Source: Diplonema japonicum (lineage: Eukaryota > Protista > Euglenozoa: Diplonemea). From it: a stretch of DNA of 64,000 nucleotides. Where the stretch lies: NCBI GenBank assembly GCA_964019335.1, contig OZ025656.1, positions 248,001 to 312,000 of the forward strand. Direction: 5' to 3'. The notes beneath the pieces were generated by a model. The model saw only the letters and a program-made list of their open reading frames with translations, did not search any database and had not been told where the DNA came from. The translations under genes and the position numbers were made by a program. Shown in pieces: positions 25,182-34,766 of this stretch. Every line of letters begins with the position of its first letter. Within the stretch, counting starts at the first letter, position 1.

Positions 25182-26055
25182 CCCCTAAACGCCCGCGCGG
25201 ACGTTTTTGCCCTTACTGTAAAACGAAAAATGTCCGAGTTTTTTTGGCGTCCGGGAATTTTTCCGTCCGGGAATTTTTTTTAGGTAAGGCCGTCAGGGGG
25301 CCTGGTCCACTACCACCTACATACTGGCCTGGGCTGCAAACGGCAACCGCGCGAAGAAACCCCCAGGGTTCCCTTTCTGCATCTTTGTCCTCCCTTGCTG
25401 CCCCTGAGGCAATCTGCTTGTCGAGCCTTCGTGTGGCCCACTATTTATAACCTTAATAGATGCTTTACAGCTCGTAAACACGCTAGCAATGAGGATTCCC
25501 TCACTCAGAAATACCCAAAACGTCTCGATTTGACCCTAAATCACACCTCCGAGACCATGATGAACGGAACGAAGGTGAGGAGGGTGCTCTGTGCTGTTCC
25601 TGGGTGCGGGAAGAAGGTGCAAACGTGGTGCCCCTGTTGCAAAACCCCCTTATGCAAAACGTGTTTTTTACCCTTGCATGCTACCCCAGCTGGAAAAAAA
25701 ACTCACAAGTTACTTTTTTCATCCCACAGCCCCAAAAAATCTCCAGACTGACCTCAATCCTAGAGTTCAGGGCACCAAATAGGACTGAATGCTGCCCTTT
25801 TTAGCCCAGCCATAACTCCACGGACCCCCCACGACAAGACCCCCCAAAATCGGACATAAAAAGTACACCTTCAATCCCCCTCTTACACACATAGTTAAGT
25901 GTTCTCATCTGAATCTGGCACCTGGAATTGAAAATTTTAGTACCGTTTACCCTTTCCTTGCACCTTCCTATGGTTGCATGCTGCCCTTTTTTTGAGTATT
26001 TAAAGCAACAACGAAAATGGGGGGGTACCGTAGATAGGCTCCGGGCGTTTAGGGG
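25182..26055 (+). mobile_element. Non-autonomous piggyBac-type DNA transposon (874 bp), ATAA target-site duplication
   Basis: Perfect 14-bp TIRs CCCCTAAACGCCCG (25182-25195) / CGGGCGTTTAGGGG (26042-26055); ATAA on both flanks (25178-25181, 26056-26059); subterminal GTCCG(G/A) repeats; internal piggyBac C-terminal Cys-rich domain. Confidence 0.9.
25395..25751 (+). pseudogene. piggyBac transposase C-terminal fragment (cysteine-rich domain only)
   Basis: RLDLTLNH...RRVLCAVPGCGKKVQTWCPCCKTPLCKTCFLPLH fits the piggyBac/PGBD Cys-rich domain pattern; no DDD catalytic core in the element. Confidence 0.8.
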
Positions 26056-26730
26056 ATAATCTCTTTATTAGGTAAAAAAAAAAAAAAAGTTTGCAACTTG
26101 CACAAAACAAAAAAGAATAACTCGCCTTTTTTTTTTCTCTTTTTTTTTTTCTTTCCCTCCCCTTTTTATTTATTTTTATTTTTTTCTCTTTTTGTGTAAT
26201 AGTCATAGTTTATTTGACAAGGGGGGAAAAGGAAAGACTCTGAAACAGCGAGCAGGAGGTGTTCTCTCAGTTCACCCCTCTGCCCCTTCTTCGCTTGTAT
26301 GTTGTTTCTTTTTCGTCTTTACAGATGATGGGAGACTGCACCCCCCCCCCCCCCCCCCCCCCAACCCAACCTTGGATAATTTCACATCCCTTCACCGTTC
26401 TCTTTTTAACAGTTTCTTCTCCCTTCTCTTCATTCCCCTGTTGTTATTAACGGAAGTAAACTATATTTAAAAAAAGAAAAGAAAACTTTCCAAACTCACC
26501 CTTGTTTTTTACCTCTCGGTTTTTTTTTTCTCTTTTTTTTTCTTCTTCTCTTTTTCTTCTTCTTCTCGTTTATTCACTATCATTATTTACCCCTCATTTT
26601 TTTTCTTTCTTTAACACTCCTCCGCCCACGCATATTATTATTACCTTGATGTGTGCATTTCAACCCACTTTACAGCTACTCCCCTCCATCATCCTTTTTT
26701 TTTTTTTTTTTTTTTTAAATACCCATAAAA

Positions 26731-27258
26731 ATGACTGAGGTTAACAAGAACGATGAACCTACCAAGGAGGAGGTTAAGGAGGAAAGTGACGACGAGGCCC
26801 CTGCCTTGGAGGCCGCTGAGCCTGGTGCGGAGGAGACTAGCGCTGCGGGGAGGACTACTACCAGGAGCGAGAAGAAGTCAAGGAAGGCCATGGCCAAGAT
26901 GGGGCTGAAGCCGTTCTCTGGTGTCACAAGGGTGACCATGAAGAGGAGCAAGACAATCTCGTTCGTCATCACGAACCCTGATGTCTTTGTGGCGAAGAAC
27001 ACATATGTCATCTTTGGTGAAGCCAAGATTGACGAACCTACAGGCCACAAGGAACAGGAGCTGATGAAGGCGTTCCAGGCCGCCAAGCAGTCCATGGAGA
27101 AGCCCGCTGACGCCCCTGAGGCTGAGGATGAGGACGAGGAGGTCGATGAGGAAGGCGTTGCTGAGAAGGACATCGAACTTGTGATGTCCCAGGTTAACGT
27201 TTCGCGTGCCAAGGCTGTGAAGGCCCTGAAGGAAAGCAACAGTATGGATAAGGGAAGG

Positions 27259-27293
<35 letters not shown>

Positions 27294-27337
27294 CTGCAGA
27301 CGACGTTGTCAACGCTATCATGGCCTTTAACGCGTAA
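26731..27337 (+). CDS. NACA: Nascent polypeptide-associated complex alpha; intron 27242-27299
   Basis: RSEKKSRKAMAKMGLK, TYVIFGEAKID, KDIELVMSQVNVSRAKAVKALKE. Splicing out the A33-containing intron restores SN|NDVVNAIMAFNA*. Confidence 0.96.
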
Positions 27338-27457
27338 AAAATACATTAGTACAGAAAAAAAAGTAGCTAGCTTAGGGGTTTTTTTTTTTTCTCTTTTTTT
27401 TTTTTCCCTTTGCACCCGCGCTTTCTTCGTTGTAACACACCCTTCAACCCAAAGGAT

Positions 27458-29521
27458 ATGAGTGGCTCCACCTTCGAACACGAGGACCAAAGGGTCGTCG
27501 AATATGTGAACAAGAATGTCGACAAAAGCAAAGATTCTCTCGTCATCATTGACAACACCCCCAAGGTTGACCCCAGCAAAATCGCCAAGCTGAGCGGGTT
27601 CCTTAGGGACAAGATCAAGGATAAGACGTCGCACCAAGCTATTGTCCTGAAGCTTCCCCAGGACGAGGCAGGGATCACACTGGGCTTCGCGTTTGTGGCC
27701 TTCGAGACCAGGACACAAGCTGAGGAGGTGCAGAGGACCTTGAACGGGTGGAGGATGGACAAGAGCCATCAGTTCAAGACCAACATGTTCAGCGACTGGG
27801 CAAGGTTCAAGGACACGCCTGAGGAATACAGCCCGCCTTCGCTGGAAATGGACACCTTCTGCGAGGAGAACTTGTACGAGTACCTCTGCGACGCTGGTTC
27901 AAGGGAGCAGTACTTCATCAGGTACGCAAACCCCTCCACCAAGAAGGAGGTCGAGCACCAGATGAAGATCTTCTGGAACGACTACCAGGTCACCAACGCC
28001 ACCGACCAGACTGACATCATGAAGCTCGTCTACGAGAGGGTCAACTGGACCACGCTCTTTGCCAAGTGGTCGCCTCTCGGCACTTACCTCGTCACCTTCA
28101 CTGAGAAGGGTCTGAACCTCTGGGGTGGTGAGAAGTGGACCTCCATGGGCCACTTCCCTCACAACGAGGTGCAGCTCATCGACTGGAGTCCCAAGGAGAA
28201 GTACCTCATCACCTGGGCGTCCGAACTTATCGTGTGGGATGTGCAGCTTGGTAAGAAGATCAGGCGAGTGCAGGCTCCCTACACCGGTGCGGGTGCCAGG
28301 TGCCCCTTCAAGTGGTCGCACGATGAGCAGTTCCTCGCCAAGCTGTCCGAGGACAACATCCTGCTGTACGATCTTGAGAAGGGTATGAAGCTCCACCAAC
28401 CTGACAAGGAAAGGACTACCACCATCTACATGCCGGGCATCAAGAACCTGGAATGGTCCCCCACCGACAACTACTTCTGCTACTGGGTTCCCGAGGCCAA
28501 CAACACCCCCGCCAGGGTGACCCTCGTCGAGGTTGTGACCAAGACCAAGCCCGACGGTACTAAGGACTACACTTTCAACAACATCGCGCAGCGTAACTTG
28601 TACAGAGTGCAGAACATCAGGATGACATGGCACCCGCAGGGCCACTTCCTCGCCTGCAAGGTTGAGAGGATCAAGAAGTCCCAGGCGGGATCCACGATTG
28701 TCAGCGCATACGAGTTGTTCCGTATCAGGCACAAGGACCGTGCAGTGGAGACAATCGAGCTGCCGGAGCAAGTCATCGCGTTCGACTTCGAGCCGAGAGG
28801 CCACAGGTTCGCGCTGATCCACGGGCCCAGCGATGTGAAGCTGAGTGTGTCGTTCTACACGATGGGCGCCGTGAAGGCGGGTGAGGTGAAGCTGCTTGGA
28901 ACGTTCCCGCAAAAGCAGGTCAACCACATGTACTGGTCGCCTAAGGGTAAGTACCTGCTTCTGGCGGGTATGAAGCAGCCGTTCAACGGGAAGACGCTTG
29001 AGTTCTGGAATGTCGACGAGCTGGACCTCATCAACACGTGCGAGCACTTCATGTGCTCGAACGTCAACTGGGACGCAAGCGGGAGGTTCGTCACTACGTT
29101 CGTGTCGCAGGTGTACCACCAGATGGAGAACGGGATGAAGATGTGGACGTTCCAGGGCAAGCTCGTGACCCAGAGGAAGATGGAGAAGTTCTACCAGTTC
29201 GAATGGAGGCCCAGACCCGCCACCCTCCTCACGGACAAGGACCTCAAGGTTGTGAAGAACAAGAACCGACCCCAATGGGAGAAGAAGTACGCCGAGGAGG
29301 AGACCTGGATTCTTGAGAAGGACGAGCGTGAACGCAAGGAGAGGATGTCCTCGGACCTCAAGAAATACAGGAACACTGTCAACTCCATCAGGGATCACTT
29401 CAAGAAGCAGCACGCGGACAGGAAGAGGCTTCAGGCAGAGACCGGCTTCTCTGGCGAATTCACTACCGCTATCACCTCCGCCGAGGAAATGGTCGAAAAG
29501 AAGGAAGTCAGAATCGAGTAG
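27458..29521 (+). CDS. EIF3B: Translation initiation factor eIF3 subunit b
   Basis: N-terminal RRM (VIIDNTPKV...GFAFVAF...LNGWRMDKSH), propeller motifs WSPLGTYL, WSHDEQFLA, WDASGRFV, FEWRPRP; intronless. Confidence 0.95.
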   Translation: MSGSTFEHEDQRVVEYVNKNVDKSKDSLVIIDNTPKVDPSKIAKLSGFLRDKIKDKTSHQAIVLKLPQDEAGITLGFAFVAFETRTQAEEVQRTLNGWRMDKSHQFKTNMFSDWARFKDTPEEYSPPSLEMDTFCEENLYEYLCDAGSREQYFIRYANPSTKKEVEHQMKIFWNDYQVTNATDQTDIMKLVYERVNWTTLFAKWSPLGTYLVTFTEKGLNLWGGEKWTSMGHFPHNEVQLIDWSPKEKYLITWASELIVWDVQLGKKIRRVQAPYTGAGARCPFKWSHDEQFLAKLSEDNILLYDLEKGMKLHQPDKERTTTIYMPGIKNLEWSPTDNYFCYWVPEANNTPARVTLVEVVTKTKPDGTKDYTFNNIAQRNLYRVQNIRMTWHPQGHFLACKVERIKKSQAGSTIVSAYELFRIRHKDRAVETIELPEQVIAFDFEPRGHRFALIHGPSDVKLSVSFYTMGAVKAGEVKLLGTFPQKQVNHMYWSPKGKYLLLAGMKQPFNGKTLEFWNVDELDLINTCEHFMCSNVNWDASGRFVTTFVSQVYHQMENGMKMWTFQGKLVTQRKMEKFYQFEWRPRPATLLTDKDLKVVKNKNRPQWEKKYAEEETWILEKDERERKERMSSDLKKYRNTVNSIRDHFKKQHADRKRLQAETGFSGEFTTAITSAEEMVEKKEVRIE

Positions 29522-29822
29522 ATCAAAAAAAACCCCTCCCTTTTTTACCAAGTGTGAATCATTCCCCCCCCCCCCCCCCCCTATCTCCCTTCCAGCCCAC
29601 CCCCCCGTTTTTTCTTTTTTTATTATTTTCCACCCCATGCACCATGTTTATTTTTTTTCTTTATTATTTCCTTTTCTTTGTTTTTATTTTTCTTCTAACC
29701 GCTTTGTTTCCCCACCCAACGATCATCAGCTCAAGTGACGCTGTCCCCTTTGTTTTTTTTCACTCATACATAGATATCTTTATCTCAAACACATACAAGA
29801 AGGGCACAGCGAGGAAAAAAAA

Positions 29823-30800
29823 ATGGAGGTCACAAGCATGGTGTGTGAAGTCCTCGAAGGCACGACCTGCCCACAGCTGCTGATCGGAAGGGATGAAGGA
29901 AATGAAGTCGTGGTGGGTGGATGTGTGCCGGTGGCGGGCGAAGGAGAAAAAGAATGGATAGAAAACGCAACACACCAAAAGAAAGAACTGGATAAACTGG
30001 TCGGGAGCGGCTTGGCCGTGGTCGGGATCGCCTGCACGAAGGGAAAGTTCGAACGCAGCTGCTTCGGAAGAAACCGTCTCCTACTGTTACCACACCTCGA
30101 ATATAGGGATAAGACAGGGCATAGATACCCTGCAGTGGTGATCTCAGAACCAAGATGGGTAACAGTCCGAGGGAGTTTCCCAACAATGAAAGAAACTGTT
30201 TTTGAACACGATCCTAGCACTGCCGTGACTGAGATAGTGAAGAGAATGAATGCCCGCATCGACCTTGCAGTCCTGCGGCACACAGCGGGGTGCGAAGTAT
30301 CTATAAAAATACCCACTCATGTTGATGGGGTGGACGACCTCTGGGGAACGCATGCAGTCCTTTCCCCAGGTACTACCATGTCGGTTGGGAACACAGCTGT
30401 TTCGGGCACAGGGAGGTCAACTGCATCTGCCATTGACGCCCTCCGGAAAGACTTGAAACGAAGCGTTTCTGACAGTCTCGAAGAATGGAAATTCACTCAC
30501 TCCGATGTTGTAACACAATCTGACTTTCCTCTTTTGTTGCCTTCTCGCGTTCCTGTTCACCTCCCACCGTCGAACCACCTCTCTGCCCTGTCTTGGTTCG
30601 GATACGGTGCGTCTGCTGACATCAAATTCAGTTACTCCGAGCTTGTCGGGCTAAGCAGAGACCTTGTTAAGGTACCAAGCGACGAGCGCTCAAAATTCAA
30701 AGCCGGCAGCACCGAGTTCGAGCTCCCCTCGTGGATCTTCGTCGGCCTGTTCGTTCTGTTAACACTGTTACCCATATTGATGTTTGCTATTGGCACATGA
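29823..30800 (+). CDS. ODR-4-like tail-anchored protein
   Basis: N-terminal W...H...KLVGSGLAVVGI resembles ODR-4; single C-terminal TM helix. Confidence 0.6.
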   Translation: MEVTSMVCEVLEGTTCPQLLIGRDEGNEVVVGGCVPVAGEGEKEWIENATHQKKELDKLVGSGLAVVGIACTKGKFERSCFGRNRLLLLPHLEYRDKTGHRYPAVVISEPRWVTVRGSFPTMKETVFEHDPSTAVTEIVKRMNARIDLAVLRHTAGCEVSIKIPTHVDGVDDLWGTHAVLSPGTTMSVGNTAVSGTGRSTASAIDALRKDLKRSVSDSLEEWKFTHSDVVTQSDFPLLLPSRVPVHLPPSNHLSALSWFGYGASADIKFSYSELVGLSRDLVKVPSDERSKFKAGSTEFELPSWIFVGLFVLLTLLPILMFAIGT

Positions 30801-30867
30801 TTACCCCACTTTTTTTTTTCTTTTAAAAAATACATTATCGCAACCCCCCCCCCCCCCCCCCCCCCCC

Positions 30868-31512
30868 CAGGGCTATGCTGGCAAGGAAACGCGTTTCCAA
30901 GCTTTTTTTTGAAAATAAGGAAACGGGAACGGAAACGTGTCCTTACTTTGGGGCCTAGGGGGGGGGGGGGGGGGGGGGGGTCACATGGTAAAGTGGGTTT
31001 TTTTTCAAATTCGGAAATGCAGAGTACTGGAGCCGCCTAATCCATGTAAAACACCCCGTTCTCGACCAAAAAAAAAAAAAAATCGATTTCCGTTCTGGGC
31101 ACGTTTGGGCACCTATTTTTAAAAAAGGTGATTACAAAATCGTTCGTCGCGAGCACTGCCTCACTCTCCCCATGTTCACAGATGTCGTCTTTCCCTATAA
31201 AGTTGTCCCAGGTCTCCAGCATTGGGGGAACAGCCTTTTTTTTAGGAGGTTCGTTGCTTCTTTGTTCCACAGCCGCACCGCCTCCGACATGCCGTGCACC
31301 TTTCGAGAAGAAACGGCGGGGTTCTCGTCTGCATCCGGGATAGAGAAGATACCTTTTCACGGAACTCAGGGAACTTCTGCGCGGATTTCTGAGAGCTGAG
31401 TTCACCGTGCGCACTTCGACGTTCGTGCTGACAACTGACGCACCACACAATAGCCCGACCCATTTATCGCCCTGTTCTCCCCCCTATGCATCCCATCCTC
31501 TGCAGTGCCCTG
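30868..31512 (-). mobile_element. Possible degenerate hAT-like transposon remnant
   Basis: Starts CAGGGCTATGC with an imperfect partner TGCAGTGCCCTG (31501-31512); clustered GGAAAC/AAACGG motifs; minus-strand SVVSTNVEVRTVNS..ALRNPRRSSLS resembles the hAT dimerisation motif. No 8-bp TSD found. Confidence 0.3.
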
Positions 31513-31601
31513 AAGAACTTAGGATTTGCCCCCTCCCCCCATTCTCTTAAGAAGGTGGCGGGAGAGGGAGAAAAAGAGGGGGAGGGGGAAAACAGCAAAA
31601 T

Positions 31602-32804
31602 ATGACAGACGTCCATCACGAACCAGGTGCGGTTTTGGAGCTGGAAGACGGCCAGAAATTCGTTGTCGGCCAGTACAAAACCAAGGAGTCGTCATATACA
31701 GTGGATGTGGAGGATTCCATGGGAATGGTGTACATGACACACGAAGGCGCATTCTACATCTTTAAAGTACTACCAGGTCTTCCCGGGGAAAGGGCAGGCG
31801 TGCCTGTGGGGTGTGTTCTGGTGTCCGTCAACGGGATCTCAACCGCTGACGAAGACCCCGTGGCTGTTATGAGCGCAGCACGAAATCAAGGAACGAAAAC
31901 AGTGGAGTTCATCGTCCACCATGAAGTAGGGTACGTCACACCTAGGGGGGCGGGGGAGGAAGCACTCGGTGCGGACCGTGATGGTATCTTCGGCAGAACG
32001 GACGACATGACAGACGAAAACCTTCAAGAGCTCATGCCGTTCGTGGAGCAGATGTTCCAATTGTTCGACCACGACCGAGACGGATTGCTGAGCTACGTTG
32101 AATATTACGACATGATGATGGCGTTGGAGCTGCAGCCGCCGAGCCAAGAGGACTTCGACAACGATTTCACAACGGGCCCCGGGAAGGGTTTCGGAAAACT
32201 ACAATTCGCGGTTGATTTGTATTCAATCAAAGACAAGCTGAACGTGTTGGAGGACAAGGTTGCAAGGCATTTAACAGGCCCTGACGATGGACAGTCCTCC
32301 TACTTCACCTTCGATGAATACGACTCAGAATCTTCCTTTCTGTCAAAATCCGCGCAATCTGTTCAAGGCGCGCGAGAAACCTTAGATTTTAACAGAAACG
32401 ACTATCCTTCAGTGTGGAAGGGCCAACGTTATTCACACCAGATGAAGTCTAGCTCCATCGTGTTTTGCGATCTACGTTCTGATCCGAACGAACAGTTAAA
32501 ACGGGTTTTGCTTCAATGCGGTCGGGAGCTAGAACGGCGGCAGCTTGAGTGCAAAGAAGCACATGATATCATGGAGCACGGGCTCATCAAGGTCAACCGC
32601 GAGGCTAAGAAGGAGTTTGGTCACGATCTCAATACTCTCTTATCCAAGCCTTCGACACACCGGAAGGCGAACGAGTGGGCGGCACGTAAGATGCGGGAGA
32701 TTCAGATCCCGCCGACGGCCCTCCACTCCTACAAACAACACCGGGCTAAGGCTTCAATGCCCCCGCCGACACCTTCGTCACTCTCTTCGGCGTTTGGTCA
32801 TTGA
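31602..32804 (+). CDS. PDZ-like + EF-hand protein
   Basis: KVLPGLPGERAGVPVGCVLVSVNG (PDZ-like); FQLFDHDRDGLLSYVEY (EF-hand). Confidence 0.8.
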   Translation: MTDVHHEPGAVLELEDGQKFVVGQYKTKESSYTVDVEDSMGMVYMTHEGAFYIFKVLPGLPGERAGVPVGCVLVSVNGISTADEDPVAVMSAARNQGTKTVEFIVHHEVGYVTPRGAGEEALGADRDGIFGRTDDMTDENLQELMPFVEQMFQLFDHDRDGLLSYVEYYDMMMALELQPPSQEDFDNDFTTGPGKGFGKLQFAVDLYSIKDKLNVLEDKVARHLTGPDDGQSSYFTFDEYDSESSFLSKSAQSVQGARETLDFNRNDYPSVWKGQRYSHQMKSSSIVFCDLRSDPNEQLKRVLLQCGRELERRQLECKEAHDIMEHGLIKVNREAKKEFGHDLNTLLSKPSTHRKANEWAARKMREIQIPPTALHSYKQHRAKASMPPPTPSSLSSAFGH

Positions 32805-32972
32805 TCCCCCCCTCCCACCCCATTTATTTCTGATATGGTCTGTTCATATAAATAGATTTGTCCTTTTTTTTCCTTTTTTTGAAGAAAAAAAAAAAACAAA
32901 CGGAAAACTCTAAAAGGACATTAAAACACACACACACACACACAAATCCATTAAAAAAAAAATAATAATATA

Positions 32973-34049
32973 ATGTCAGTACGGAGAGTGGCGGCACGTG
33001 TCCTGACCAGACAGGTGCGGTGGAGCGGGGACAAAAAAACTGGGGGTGAGGAAGGGTTGGGGAAGCATTTCGGGGCGAGCCACGAGCACAAGGAATCGGC
33101 GCTTCTCCGGGTGTTCATGACGTTGGGAGGTGTGATGGAAAAGATGAGCACCGGGATGATGAACTCAGGGGTTGGAAGCCTGCTGGCACCAAAACAGGAA
33201 CAAAAGCACGTGTGGGGTAAGGCGGCCGAGAAGGAATCAGTTGAAATCGAAAAAGTTCAGACAGAAGATGGAGAAAAGATAGTCAGGAAAAAAAAATCTT
33301 TAGAAGTTATTGGGGTACCCATTAACACTGAACAATTTGCACTTGTGTCTGCTGGCGAAGTACAGGACCACTCGGAAGATGAGACAGCATGGGGGATGTT
33401 CAAAACCTTGCTCACCTCTAAAAAATACCGCACATCGCAGCAGCAGGCGACTGACGAGTTGTACAAAAACATTCCGGATTTCAGCGAACCGGAATTTTTA
33501 GAAGACATCGAGTCGAAACTGATGCCTGCGTTCCTGGAAGCTTTCTGGAAGAAAGATAAGGAAGCTCTCCTTGCAATGTGCTCCGACGCGTGCTACTACC
33601 TGAATGTCGAGACCCATCTGAAACAGTATGAGAAGATGGACAGCAACTGCAGGTTGCTCATGACCCGTCGGGCCAACCTGTTCAACCGTTTAATGTTTAT
33701 TGATGATTCTGACCATGCGCCCTCTGTCAAGAGACGGCAAGAGCTTTCTGAAGGAGGCCTTGATCTAGATGAAATGGACGATCTAGATGTAGAAGAGGTA
33801 TGATGGAGGGGGTGAGGGAAAATTATTATAATAATAATAATAAAAAAATAGGAAAAACCCGAAGCGGTTTTCTTTGTGTCTTGCTCTGCACATATTGAGA
33901 ATGAATGGGTTGACGCCAATGGTGAAGTTAAGGCAGGGGACAAGAATTCTCCCGAGGACTGGTTTTTCGTATTTGGTCTCACCCCCCAGCCTGGCCCTAC
34001 TTGGACTTTGTCCACACTTGAGTTCACAAAAATGCAGGCCATGGCTTGA
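32973..34049 (+). CDS. Mitochondrial Tim44-like domain protein; intron 33798-33851
   Basis: Arg-rich presequence MSVRRVAARVLTRQVRW; IPDFSEPEFL...FLEAFWKKDKEALLAMCS. The spliced exon adds the terminal beta strands (VDANGEVKAGD...W). Confidence 0.8.
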
Positions 34050-34552
34050 TTTTTTTTTATTTTATTTTTTTCTCTTTCCGGTTACCGTTGTTGCGGGTTT
34101 ATTTTTTTTTTATTGACTTTTCTTTATAGTGTGTTTTTTTTTTTTTTTCCTTTTTTTTTTTCTCTCTTTTTTTTTTTATTCTCCCCCTCTCTTTTCTTGG
34201 TTTATTTTCTTTTTTTTATCCATTAGTTTATTTTTTTTTCCCATCCCTCATACTTGTCTTTTTATAGTTCCATCACAAAAAAAAAATAATAATAATAATA
34301 ATAGGGGAAAGAAAGAAAGGAGGAAAGAAATGAAAAAAAAAGAATAGTATTAATAGACAGCCCACGTAAAAGTGGACAGATCTTGTCAAAGGAGAGGGGA
34401 GAAAAAGAAAAAAAAAGAAAGAAACACGGGGAAATTTATGTAGCCTAAACCTTGAATTAAAGCTCCCTCCTTACTACCCTTCTTTTTTTTTTTTCTTTTT
34501 CCTTCCTTCTTTCTATCCTCATGCTCCCATCCCCCCTATTCCCTCTTCACTG

Positions 34553-34589
<37 letters not shown>

Positions 34590-34766
34590 CCTTTTTTTTT
34601 CTGATTTTTTTTTGATCATTCCATTTGTTTTGTTTATTTTTTTTTTTATGCGTACTGTTTAGGGGAGGGAAAATAAAAATAAAAAAAGGGCTATTCCTAT
34701 TCCAGTCCACCTTTCTTCGGGAAAGGCAGAAAATCTACCACACCTGTATCTCCCATATCATATGTT

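Noticed and set aside
27899-29638. 579-aa antisense ORF over eIF3b
   Set aside because: Same codon-bias shadow; no independent coding signal.
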